Origin: Hyphochytrium catenoides
Taxonomy: Eukaryota > Protista > Hyphochytriomycota
Direction: 5' to 3'
Assembly: GCA_900088475.1 (NCBI GenBank)
Contig: FLMG01000167.1
Location: forward strand, 1-50,827
Length of the DNA: 50,827 nt
The notes beneath the pieces were generated by a model. It made no database searches, was not told where the DNA came from, and saw only the letters and a list, made by a program, of their open reading frames with translations. Each line of letters starts with the position of its first letter. Within the stretch, counting starts at the first letter, position 1. The position numbers and the translations under genes were made by a program. Below are positions 21,566 to 34,300 of the stretch, piece by piece.

Positions 21566-22273
21566 AGCTGCGGTGGGCAAGGTAAACACGCTGAGCCTGC
21601 GCCGTTGTGTGCTCTTGCAAGAGAAAGAGTATCGCAGAACAGAGAAGAGAGATCTGCCCGGGAGAGAAGAGGGAATTGGAGGCACAGGTAGACACTTCGC
21701 CGCCCTTCAGGAAGTGAAGATGAAGGCTCAGTGNNNNNNNNNNNNNNNNNNNNNNNNNNNNNNNNNNNNNNNNNNNNNNNNNNNNNNNNNNNNNNNNNNN
21801 NNNNNNNNNNNNNNNNNNNNNNNNNNNNNNNNNNNNNNNNNNNNNNNNNNNNNNNNNNNNNNNNNNNNNNNNNNNNNNNNNNNNNNNNNNNNNNNNNNNN
21901 NNNNNNNNNNNNNNNNNNNNNNNNNNNNNNNNNNNNNNNNNNNNNNNNNNNNNNNNNNNNNNNNNNNNNNNNNNNNNNNNNNNNNNNNNNNNNNNNNNNN
22001 NNNNNNNNNNNNNNNNNNNNNNNNNNNNNNNNNNNNNNNNNNNNNNNNNNNNNNNNNNNNNNNNNNNNNNNNNNNNNNNNNNNNNNNNNNNNNNNNNNNN
22101 NNAGCTGCCGTGGGCAAGGTAAACGCGCTGAGCCTGCGCCGTTGTGTGCTCTTGCAAGAGAAAGAGTATCGCAGAACAGAGAAGAGAAGAGAAATCTGCG
22201 CGGGAGAGGAGAGGAGATTCCAGGCACAGGTAGACACTTCACCGCCCCAGGAAGTGAAGATGAAGGCTCAGTG
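21566..22273. repeat. Two ~170-bp diverged direct copies flanking an N-gap
   Basis: 21566-21733 and 22103-22273 both read AGCTGC.GTGGGCAAGGTAAAC.CGCTGAGCCTGCGCCG...GAAGATGAAGGCTCAGTG. They differ by about ten substitutions and two small indels. Confidence 0.85.
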
Positions 22274-22330
22274 AAGCTTCCACTCTGAGAAAGATTTGCG
22301 ATAGCGAGACTCTCCTCGGGTGGACAGGGG

Positions 22331-25300
22331 ATGGAAGAAGCAACAGTGACGAAGCCCAGCGGCTTCAACACAGATGTGTAAGTCTCTCTCTCTCTCTCTC
22401 CTCTCTCNNNNNNNNNNNNNNNNNNNNNNNNNNNNNNNNNNNNNNNNNNNNNNNNNNNNNNNNNNNNNNNNNNNNNNNNNNNNNNNNNTCTCTCTCTCTC
22501 TCTCCCTCTCTGCCTCTCCCTCTCTTCTCTCCGCTGGCGCTTTCCTGTCTATCCAGTGCCTGTGGACCCTCGCCGGCACCATCTTTTCACTCTTCTGCCT
22601 CTAAAACCTTCCCGCATTTCCATCTCTCTCTCCCGGAAGATGCTTTTCCTCACTAAGATGCACCTGCCTCGTTTGCCCTAGCCATTCTCTGTCTAACAAT
22701 CTGCATTCCAGTCTCTCTTCTTTCGTCATCAGGGTCGTTGCACCCATGATATCTCCTGAGAGAGAGAAGGAAAGTGAAGACTTTTTATCTTCTCTCTCTC
22801 GGGAGCTGGAGCTGCCATCATCCAGAAGCATACTGGACCAATTTGCAGCTGATGGCCAGTCACGTGTCCTCTACGTACAAGTTATTTATGAAAGAGAGGA
22901 TGGCAGCTTTGACTCCAAGGAAGCACAAACAGGTCCCCACCTACCTTTCCTCCGCTCTCTCTCTTTCTTCCTCTCTCTCTCTCTCTCTCCCTCTTCGTTC
23001 CCTTTCTCTCTCACTCTCTCTTTCCCTCTTTCCTATCTTCTTTCCTAATGTCATTATGGACCTTGCCTCTCACATTGCTTCTTCTCCTGCATAGAAAAAC
23101 CCTTTCTCCCTTCTTTGTCTTGCTCTCTCTCTCTCTCTGTCGGCTTTTTCTCTTTCTCATCAAGCCTTCTCGTTCTCTTCTTTCAGCTTCGCGGCCCCGC
23201 GTGTTCGTGTCAAATCAGATCCGCTACACGGCAGCAGACGAGGTGGCGAGCGGCATAGCTTTTATTAAGCGCTTTCCTAACCCTCTCGAGCCACAGCGGC
23301 CCTTGCTCAGCCAGCTTCAGCTTATAACCCTAGGAGGAGGTATGCAAGGCCACCGCAGGCAGGCCCACTGTTTCATTAGTCCCTCTCTGACTCTTTTTTC
23401 TACACGTTCTCTTCCTTTCTCTCAGCGCTATTCTGCCACCAAACTTCACTCTCTCTTCTGCCTGCCTCTCACTTGCATGGTTTGGACAGTAAGTCACCGG
23501 TCCCATTGCTTTTTCTCATTTCAGACATACTGTCTTTCGGCTGCTCCTCCTGTCCCTCTCAATGTCCATTCTGACTCTCTCTCTCTCTCTCTTTGCCCGT
23601 TTTCGCCGGCTCTACGTTAGCCGGGAAGGATAACTTCTCCTCTTCTGGAGACGGCCTTGGAGGTGACTCTGATGCACTTGAGATGGTCTACACCTATCTT
23701 CACCACGCTTTCGCTCCTTTGATGAGGCAGTACGCCGAGATTCGAAAGCCTAAAGTACGAAGGACAACGTCCTCTTTCTTCTATCTTATCGCATCTACAT
23801 ATTTCTACCTACTAACTCCTACATCTTCTTCCTCAAGCTGCGTCATGGTGATTGTCTTCCCAACGGAAGCTGCTATCCTCCTGCTTTGCTCTAACGGTGG
23901 AGCTTCATTTCACCTGCTGGTTATGTTGCCGTCTCTTTCCGTCTGCTGCCCTTCGAGACCATAAGCTCTGTCTTGTTCTGCTCGCTCTTCTATCTTCTTA
24001 CTCTTTCTCTCTTCTCTTGACTCTCGGCTCTTGCACAGTCTATGTCCACCCAAGAAGGTGGTGACGCTCAAAATGAGAAAAGCGGCATTCCTGCTGTGTC
24101 TAAGAAGATGAGAGAATTGGAGCTTGCGCTGCTTCAATGTCATCAGAACATGGACATTCCAGAGGTAAACGATGGGGGAACCATGTATCCAGCGCTGCTA
24201 GATGGGGAAGTATGAGGAACGCGCAGAAAGAAGGACCACACTGGGTAAAGAGATATTGGACAGGCGTTCGAGGGCAAGGAAATCAGTAGACTGAGATAGA
24301 AGAGAGATAGACAAGGCGCCAAGGAGGTAGAAGACAGGAGAGAGCCAACGTTTTTATGAAGGTCCACGTTCCTCTGACGACCTCTCGTGCAGGTGAACCT
24401 GGTCTTTCATCCGGCGGTCCAGGAGGCTGCCAAGAGAGTGAGAGCAGGCGAGAAGACTGACATTGAAGGGCTAGGCTTAGCAGAGAAACTGGGAGACGAC
24501 CTTTTCCTTAACGCCCTTCAGGTTCTCTCTTCTCACCTGTCCTCAACTCTGATCCTTAGACCGTCAAGCGCTTTGACAGCTCCTTTGCTTACGACCGATC
24601 TCTCTCCTATCTCCCCTTCTCTCTGATCGCTAAAGTTGTTTTCCGTGGCTTGTCGAGTGCGTTCGACCTCTTGCGTTCCGCTCTCCAACAACTTCTTTTG
24701 CTTTCTGAAGGGTGATCGGCCCTCTCTCTCACGTTGAATGCTCTATTTGTGCTTCTATGTATAGAGCGGGGTGAACCGCTGGATCAACGAGATTCGGAAG
24801 GTGACCCGACTGAGCTCTGAGCCTTCAGCAGGCAGTGCCTTGACAGAGATAAATTTCTGGAACAGTCTGCAGAAGAGACTCCAGCAGACCCAAGAGGTAA
24901 AAGGGTCGTCGGTTCCGGCGCATTCTTGCTTTCTGGGAAGGAGTCTGATCCATCTCTTGCATGGTCTTGCTGAGCCCAAACCTTTTAAACATAAGGCGTG
25001 AACAAATTACAGAAAGATCAGACCAGTTAGGAAGACTCCGTCTGTCTTTGTTGGTTCTTCGAGCATGCATAGTCTTCTTCGCTTCTCTTGTCTGCCCTAC
25101 TCTGGCATTTCAGGATAGAGCTCATTAAGGGCTCTATCCGTATGTCTGCCGCTGACTTTTCTGCCCTTCACCATCATCACTCATTTTCTTCCTCTGCCTA
25201 ATCTGTATCATGCGTTCTCTCTGGTCCCTCTACAGATGCTGTCGACACCTGAAATTGAGTTGACCTTGAACCTGTTGAAGCAAGGGAAGCGATTTCTTGT

Positions 25301-28300
25301 TACTGTGACGTTTGAGGCGGATCATGGGCTAGGAGCTGCCATTAAGCGGGTGAACAATATAATGACATTGATGAAAGGTAATATGTTTCGCTCTTTCGCT
25401 TGCTCTCTCTTTCTAGAGCAAAGGGCCTTCTTTCACTCTGTACCCTCGCTCGTGTTCTTATATGCTCTAAGTCGTCCTTAGCATGATACTAGCTTTCTTT
25501 TCCAAGCAGGCGCTCTTCGCATCGGCAGATTGCTCTGTCGTGCACATAAGGCTCTGCGCGTGTGTCTTCAATTCTCTTCTGTTGTTTGTCCGTCATGGGA
25601 AAGAGTCTTATCACAGTCTCCTCTCCGCCCGTATCATGTCTGTATATGTCTCTCTCTGTATCTGTGGTCCAGACTTCCCGATCACCGCTCTCCTGTCGGC
25701 TACAACTATTTCACAAGTGGAAGCCGCGATTAACGCTATCTTTATGCACTTGAAGAAGATTAGACTTGCAGATGAATATGAAGTCAGTACCTTGTCCTTT
25801 CATCTACTTTTACTTCTAGCTCCTCAAGGCTAAAGTCAACTCTCTTGCCTATCTGACGCTTCATGTTCATTACTCTCACTCCTCGAGACTCTACCACCTT
25901 TCGAGTTGTGCTATCCTCACATGTCCCTTGTACTATGAACCGTCTTTAGGGCAGTCCTAGCCATCTGTTCTTGCCAGCTGTTTTCCTTTCTAAAGCTTGT
26001 CCATCTCCGGAATGTATATGAACGTCCTCCCGCCCCAGCTTCCGCGGTGTATCCGTCTCCTAGAATCCATCAGTCGGGACCTTGGCTCTCAAGTCCAGAG
26101 TCTATTCGCCGCGCGTCCTCTTCTACGGATGCCCTATGCGGACTTTGAACAAGCTGCAGAGGAATGCAGCCAAATGTTTATCACATGGGATAAGCATATG
26201 AAGGTATGGCTTCTACCTTGAGGATTGACAAGGACAGACAGCGGAAGTTCAAACGGCTAAAGTGAGAGGACCATACACAGCACGTTAACACTGCAGCAAG
26301 ATAGAGACAGAAGAAAACGATACGTTTAGCACGTAATGAAGGGTGAAAGGAACTAATATCGCTTCGACGCAATCCTTGATATGTGTCCTTTGTAGGACTT
26401 TAATGACACTTTGAAAGAGCTTGCCCGTAAGCGAGGAGCTGGAATGGCAGACAGAGCAGGAGTTCTGGGCAGTGCGAACCTAGAGGTAAGGGCTACGATC
26501 ACTAGGTCCAAACTGTCATCTCCTCTTTGCCCATTTTAATGCCTAGCTGTCCCTCGTTGATGCAACGCCTTTTCGACTCCTCTGCATATTGCACAATGCC
26601 GAAAACCGTTCTCACTTAATTGTCCATAGCATCTCGCCGTCAGAGAGAGAATGGCGGAGCTGAGGGCCTTCCGCAGCCAGCATCAGCGCCTTTGTGAAGT
26701 TATTGAAAAAGTGCTGCAGCCTTCGCCTGAGGACGACGATGGTGGAGACAGGGAAGGGAGCTCGGACAGCCCGCGCGCTCTTCAAGAAATCGAGAACCAG
26801 TATACAAAGTTCTTGACCTTAGATGTCTTGGACGTGAGCACCGAGGGGTAAGTGTAGTTTGAGAAGGGTACGCCACTGAATTGGCCAAAAAGGTCACGCG
26901 AGAGAGGTGAACGATTTTCCAGTTGAAAGGGGCGTTTGCTAAGCTCTATCCTTCTCCTCTCTCTGTGTGGCTATTCTCACGATATGGCTCTCATCCCCTC
27001 GTTCAGTACCGAAGCTTGGCGCTCTGCTCTTGCTGCTTACGATGCCTGCATCGACCGCGTGGAGGGAAGAATTATCGCGAAGCTGACGGATCACCTGGGA
27101 GCGACCCAGAATGCTGATGAGATGTTCAGAGTCTTTTCTCGGTATGGCCCTTACATACTAGTTTCCCTCAACGTGATCTCCTAGGGCGTTTGTTCTCCTT
27201 GCTCCTGCTCCCTCTGATGCCCTGGAGTTACGGATTGATCCCCGGATGTCTGCAGTTGATCTGAATCATGGAAGCTGACATGACCTTGTTGCAGGTACAA
27301 TGCTCTCTTCTTTCGACCAAAGGTCCGTGGCGCCGTGCAGCAGTTCCAAATGCGCCTCATAGAGACCGTCAAGGCCGATGTACAGGCTCTACAGGTAGAG
27401 AGACGTCCCTCCTCCGCTCTTTTTATGTCAGATACGTCTAGCCTGCGTCTTGTAAAGTGTTAGTGAGCCAGCTGCTTGAAGAGCTCTATATCTCTCGCCA
27501 TGAGCAACGTCGCCTCCCAGCCGCTCTACAGGATCTCTTCCTTGTACCGCTAGTCCGCTCCTGATTGATCTCTACTCAACAGGATAAATTCAAGCGACAG
27601 TACTCTCAGTCTGAAGCCTCCAAGATGTCTACTGTCAGAGACTTTCCTCCCATATCTGGCGCTATTATCTGGGCCAGGCAGATCTCCAGGCAGTTGGATA
27701 CTTATATGAAGCGCGTAGAGGACGTTTTGGGGAAGGTACATTGCTTCTTCTCTTTCCCCTTCCTTTCGTGGCAATCGTAACTGTCACGCTAGTTCGGCCA
27801 AATGGACGCTTAACATTGTTCATTTCTTCTTCCATTTATAAGTGTCTTGAGCCGATCTACTTCTCTCTCTCTTCTGGCTTCATATAACTGTCTACCCCTG
27901 CTCTCTCATTCGGTTTTCTCAGGGCTGGGAGCAGCACATTGACGGGAAGAGTCTGAAGTCTGCGGCAGATGCTTTTCGGCAGCGCCTTGATACTCAGGTA
28001 TAACGACCTAACCGATCTAGGGTCTATGTGAAGGTCTTCGGGCAGGGTTCCTAAGATATGTCACTGCCACTCCTCTTTACTCTCTGGACTCCTTGTTCTT
28101 GTCACAGAAGCGTCGCCAGTTTTATATTGAGCGTAGATCTTCTTTGTCTTTTCCAAGACTATATCTTCCTGTTTCTTCTCAAACACGGATAATTTGAGGA
28201 TCACCTCGTCCGTTGCTGATATCTTAACCTGCTGTGATGCCATGTCTCCGCCACCTGCTAATCTCTCTCTTGCAGATTATCTTCGATAAATGGGTTCAGC

Positions 28301-31300
28301 AGTTCGTCAACGCCCCAAACTTTGAAGTCTCTGGGCCTGTGCTTGCTCTCTCTCAGCGGAGAGGAGAGGGAAAAGAGCTTCGCGTGGCCTTCGACACAAA
28401 GATTATCACTTTGTTCAAGGAGGTCCGAAATCTGGAATGGCTGGGTTTCCGAGTGCCCTATACCATTAAGGTAAGTTTTGAGAGCTGGAAGTGCGACGAA
28501 GGGTAGGAAGGGCGAGAATACCCGGCATATAGACAGAAAGGAGAACTGTCATCTCGTTCCAAAGCACGGCTTTCTGAGGCTCAAGGTTCTATTCTTCGTG
28601 CAGGTAATAGCAGAGGAGGCAAAGGAGAAATATCCCTATGCAATGTCCCTCCAGGCTACTCTCAGGACCTATCGTCAGACACTGAGCAGAGTAGAAGATG
28701 GAGCTGCTCCGCTGCTGGCCTCGTACAGAAAAGATGTCCATGCATGCGTGGCGACCGCTTTCTATAAAGCGAGACCGGTAAGAGCTGCTCTGCGAAGAAT
28801 GTTGTCCTGCCTCCGCTCTCCTACCCAACTTCTGCTTGATGAACGACTATTCAGGCCTCCTTCTGCTTTCCTTTCCATTTTCGCAGCAGTAACACATCTC
28901 TTTGTCTCAGATAAAATGGGATAGCGACTCATTGGATAACTACGTAAAGGAACTCTCTGAGCATGTTCTCACCTTCCAGGACAAAGTGGAGGACATCAAC
29001 ACGAAGTATCGGTAAGACATCCTCAGCTTTCTCCAGCCTCATCAGTTTTGGGGCTGGAGTACCGTGTGCGCACTAGGCGCAGTGCGGCAGCCGAGCTTCT
29101 GGGCTGACGAGTCTTTGCTATTCCTCCGGCACCGGATTTCAGTTGTCCCCGAATCATGCTGGTGGCCTGTTATTGCTTCTTTTGGTGCACTGTTTACCCT
29201 AGCATCCTGTTTGTTCCCCCCAGAGAAGTCTCTAAACCGTCTTCTCTATCACGCGCTAGTGCTGTGAAGGAGCGCCTTGAAGCACTGAAGACTTGCGAGT
29301 ACAGCCCTCAAGCATTTGAGCGCGAATTCGAGATAATGCAAAAGGTGAGTGAGGGTCGCTTTCATCGAGCATTCGGAGGCTCTATCTCGAGACCCGCCCT
29401 TGCCCTTTGTTTGACCATTGAGGCGGTTGAGTCTTCGTTCTCTATCCTGAAATATTCTTGGGGTTATCGATTTACGAGCGAGCGCTAGGAAATTTGTCGG
29501 TGTTTCTCCCCCTCTCTTTTCTGTCTCCTTCTCTCTCTCATCTCTTTATTTTTGCGAGCGATCACTTGATGTTAACCTGCTCTAACGAGTAGATTGTCTT
29601 GTGGATTGTTATCCTTCTTAATGATTGCAGATAATTGATGAGATGAATCTTGCTGGGTACCGCAACCTGAGCTACTGGGTGCACTCTCTGGACTCTGAAG
29701 TGGAAGAGGTTCTTGCCCACCGACTCAGAGAAGCCTTAACTTTATGGAAAAGTGCTCCGAATGAACAAGGTGGTAAGATTAGGTTGCCATCTCATCTCCA
29801 TCTCTTCGGCTTCTATCTTCTGGTTGCCAATTCTTCTCTTGTTGTTGCCATGTCTTGCCCGTTCTCACCAACCAAGAGTATCTCTGCTATGACTTACGAA
29901 GCTCTGTCTCGCAGGGCCATTGGAGAGGGACGCAACCGGCAAGAGCTCCGCTCTTTCCACCCGCCAAGGAGTAAGACAACCTCCGCGCTTCTTTTCTTAG
30001 CTTTAAACCATTCTCTTTCCAGCTTCTTCCGTATCTGTATCCGCTCACGATCATTATCGCCGGCTTGTCCTCGTTCATGAGTCGCTTCTTATCGGTGCTC
30101 TCGTTCGCTATGTCAACGCAGGCAGCATCGCGCCTGAAAATGAAGGAGTTAATATGTCAGATTCTTCTACGTAACCAGCTTCTTTATCTTGAGCCGCCTC
30201 TAGAACAGGCCAGGAGCGCATGGGTAACAATGCGTGTTAATGTTTCTCGTGTGCATTCTTGCGCACAGCTAGAGTTTTGCTTTTCTGTCTGTGTCTCTTT
30301 CCTTAGGTTCTTTGTCCTAGATCTGTGAAATTGAGGAATGGAGCTTGGCCTTGCGGGCAGGCTCGCCTTCTCTTTCCCTTTGAATAGCCCTCACAGACTT
30401 CTTCAATCGGAATTGAAGTCTCAAGTTTGTGTCTCATTCTCTCATCCTTCCTGGTGCCTGCGATGCCCTAACGACTCTGTCGCACATAGGTGGGTCATCT
30501 TCACTCGTGCATTGGCACGGTTTGCGACATCAAACGATTGCGGAGCACCACCTTTGACGACGTATTCGGGGAAGGAGGTGGCAGCAGAGGCGAAGCAGGG
30601 GGGCGAAGGGCAGTCACAAATTCCTCTTCGTCGACCTACGCATCTGTACTCCACAGATTCATGAAGGAGGACCCGACAGTCCTCCTCTCTACATATGCTA
30701 TGATAGAAGAACAGTTAGAAAGAGTGCGAAGCTACGTTCAAAGCTGGCTACAATACCAGGCGCTGTGGGATATTGATGTAAGATATATTGGATCTAACCG
30801 CCGACATTGGGAGAGGAGAAGGGACCAGAAGGGTCAGAAATGGGCGGCCACGAAGACGAGCAGGAGGGACATAGGATGCCATCAGGACTTACGGGGCAAA
30901 GAGCTTTATGGACGAAGAACCTTATTTGCGAGGACGTACATAGGGAGAGATCCGTTGGAGAGGAGCACCTTGGTGCATAAGTGCTGAGTTCTAGGGCAAA
31001 ACGTAAGGAGGGAAGAGGCAGGCTCATGGCTGACATCATGCAACCTTGTCTCTAGGCGTCTGTTGTCTTTTCTCGCCTGGGCTCAGATCTCAAACGCTGG
31101 CAAGAGCTACTGGGCGAGATCAGAGAGGCGAGGGGCAGCACGTTGGATAGTGCCGAACCCTGGAAGCGGTTTGGGCCCCTTGTTATTGACTATGGGCAGG
31201 TTCAGACCCAGGTAACCTTTACTCGAGATGCCTCTCTTCGTTTTATGCTGGTTGCCTCTTTGGCTTCATTCTAGTACATTTTTTCTTCTATCCTTGCTCT

Positions 31301-34300
31301 CCTTACCATTCAGTTTGGATCTAAGTGCTTTTGTGCGTAATTCATTAACTCTTCAAAACGTGCTGTCTCCTAGGTGAACCACAAATATGACGTCTGGCAA
31401 CGCGAATTCCTCGCCAAGTTCTCGTCTCTGCTTTCTGAGGCTATCAGCGGCTTCTACGCCAACATCCAGGCAAGAAGGAACAAGCTGGAGCAGAGTTCAT
31501 TGGACGGAGGGTGAGACTCTGTTCTTCTCTGTAATCGAGCCACTCATTCACCCCCTTAAGCTCTTCCTGTTACATCGCTCCGGAGTGAAGTCGCGCTAAT
31601 CTAACTTCTCTGTCCGTAGGACCCAGCAAGTGGTGACCAGCGTTACCCTTATTTTGGAGCTCAAGAAGAATATTGCACAGTGGCGAGAGGAGGTGAGTTA
31701 AAAACGCGCCTTCTTAGGGCCAGGGTTAGGGTGACGACTATATTCATCCGAATCAGGCCATATTGCAGACGCCGATCTTCTTCTCTCTTTCCTACTTGCA
31801 TTTAAACTTTTATAGAGTTTGAAGTGAGCTCAATGTCCCATTCTGGCAGACGCGCTTTCCTAGGTTATCTTCCCTTTTGGATCTGATAATGGGATTTATG
31901 GCTATGTTATGTTCTGTTCGTTGGGTGAAGTCCTAACAGGGCTCTCTCTTTACGGGATTCCTTATCAGTGAAGGTCTCTTTGTCCTCTCACTTTAAGGGG
32001 CTGTCGATAAGCTTCTTCTTATCCTGCAATTTGCTAACACAATACGCGTCAACACTTTGTAGATGGAGCTCTTCGTCTCGGGAGAGAAACTCCTACAGCG
32101 ACAGCGGTTCCAGCTGCCGTCCGACTGGCCTCTCATTTCTCTTGTTGAGGGAGAGTGGGATGCCTTCCTGCAACTCATGGAGAGGAAGACCAAGGCGATG
32201 GAGCGGCAGCTTCCGCAGCTACAGAGCAAGATCCTCAGTGAGGGGGGCATTCTAGAGGGAAAGATCAAGGTAGGCACATAGGGTGAGGGGTAGTACCCTG
32301 AGGTCGACCTGTTTGCCTTCTCTAAGCTACATTTTTTTGTTTGTTCGTGCTGGCGACCTCGGGGGGCTTGCTGTCTCTCGCTTTCACGTTTCCGTGGTGG
32401 TAGCCCCCCAATCATCAGAATTGCCATCTTCTTCTTTTCGAGAGAGAGAAGGGCCAGAATAGGGTTAGAGAAGAGTAGACCAGTAAAAGAGAAAAGAAGT
32501 GAAAGAGCTTGGCAAAACTGATCTCCGTTTCTGATAGGAACTTCTCTCTGAGTGGGACACGGCCAAACCTCTACAAGGGAACATTCCAGCGCGCACCGCC
32601 TTGGAATCTCTCTCCGTCTTTGAGAGTAGGTTGACCCGCCTCCAAGGCGAGTACAGGGATTTATCCATCGCTAAAGAGGCTTTGGAGCTGGACCCATTGG
32701 TGGAGGACAGGCTATCACCAATGTCTACAGAGCTAGCGGCTCTTAGGGACGTCTGGACCAACCTTTACAAGGTGATGGCCTGCTATGCTATCCTGCTTCA
32801 CCCCATCGCTCTCTTTGCCCAAGAATCTTCAAAAAAGAATGTCCTGTCCTTATCTCCTTACGCAACTTGAAGAGCCTCTGTTGCTTATCTTCCATTCTTG
32901 CACTAGATCTGGGAAAGTATCTCAGAAGTCAAAGACACTTTATGGACGGCAATTCAGCCTCGGAAGGTGAGAATCATAACGCGTTAAGTCCCTTCGGTTG
33001 TGTTGCCTTGCCCGCTCCCTCCTTCATTCCCCTCCATTCTCATTTTTTCTGGCCAAGCACCTTGAAGTGTGCTTTCTTGTCTGGTCCACGACTCACTAAT
33101 GTCAACTTCAAGCTATCTGATCTCGTCCTCTATACTTACTGCGTGAATGCTCGTCTGTGGTCTCAATGAAATGGATTATCTGGCAGGTTCGCAAGGCTCT
33201 GGAAGACCTTTTGGAAGAATTGAAGCTACTTCCCTCCAAGATCCGTCAGTATGAGGCGTATGAGCACGTCCATCGAACGGTCACAACGTACAGAAACACC
33301 ACCGCGTTGGTGGCTGAGCTTAAGAGCGATAGTTTGAAAGACAGGCACTGGCTGGAGCTGACTAGGAAGCTCAGACTTAGGCTGAGTTTCTCCGAAATGA
33401 CTCTGGGGCATTTGTGGGATGCAGGTGCGGGATGGGAGAGTACCTGTTCATTCTCTCCATAGGTTCCAGGCTTTCAGTGGTCCCTTTTACTGTGACTTGC
33501 ATACGCTGTGAGCACTTGCTCACTTACTGATGTTAACTCTGCTATCGCTCGGGTGCTGATCCTAACGCCTGCCTTAAGTGTCTCAACAATAGCGTTGTTT
33601 TGCTGTCATTGGCATGCTCCTATACTCATCGTAACTGATGCGGTACTTCTCCTATGCTATTGTCCTGTTGTCTAGACCTTCAACGGAATGAGAAAGATAT
33701 CCGCGATGTCATTCGTACAGCTCAGGGGGAGATGGCGCTAGAGGAATATCTCAGGGCTGTGAGGGAGCACTGGAACGCCTTTGAGTTTGATCTGGCGAAC
33801 TATCAGAATAGATGTAGGCTCATTAGGGGCTGGGAGGAGATGTTCAGCAAATTAGACGAGCATCTGAACGGTATTGTGTCAATGAAGAATTCGCCCTATT
33901 ACAAGGTAAGCGACGGTGGGGCAAGAAGCGAGATAGACAGGTTAAAGAAGCCAAAGATAAACTTAGGATTGGTATAACTTTTGGAAACTTCCAGGGGATG
34001 GCACAGACCGTGGATGGAAGAGACTCAGAGAGCGGAGAGACTGCATTTCTTTCTTAAGGGCTTGAGGCTCTGTCGTCTTGTCAAAAATGAGCATATGCCT
34101 CATCGGTGGCCCTAATACCCTTCCTTTCCCTCACTTGCTGTCTCTCTTGTAGGTCTTTTCTGAGACTGCTGGTGCTTGGGAGGATAAGCTAACCCGAGCT
34201 AGAGCCGTTCTTGACCTCTGGATTGATGTTCAGCGTCGCTGGGTCTACCTTGAGGGTATATTCTTTGGAGGCGCAGACATCAAGCAGCAGCTTCCTAAGG

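Noticed and set aside
24504-24512. TTCCTTAAC, a U12 branch-like motif in dynein
   Set aside because: It is coding sequence (FLN of the conserved FLNALQ) with no upstream U12 donor.
31722-31732. AGGGTTAGGGT telomere-like motif in a dynein intron
   Set aside because: Fewer than two units; expected by chance.
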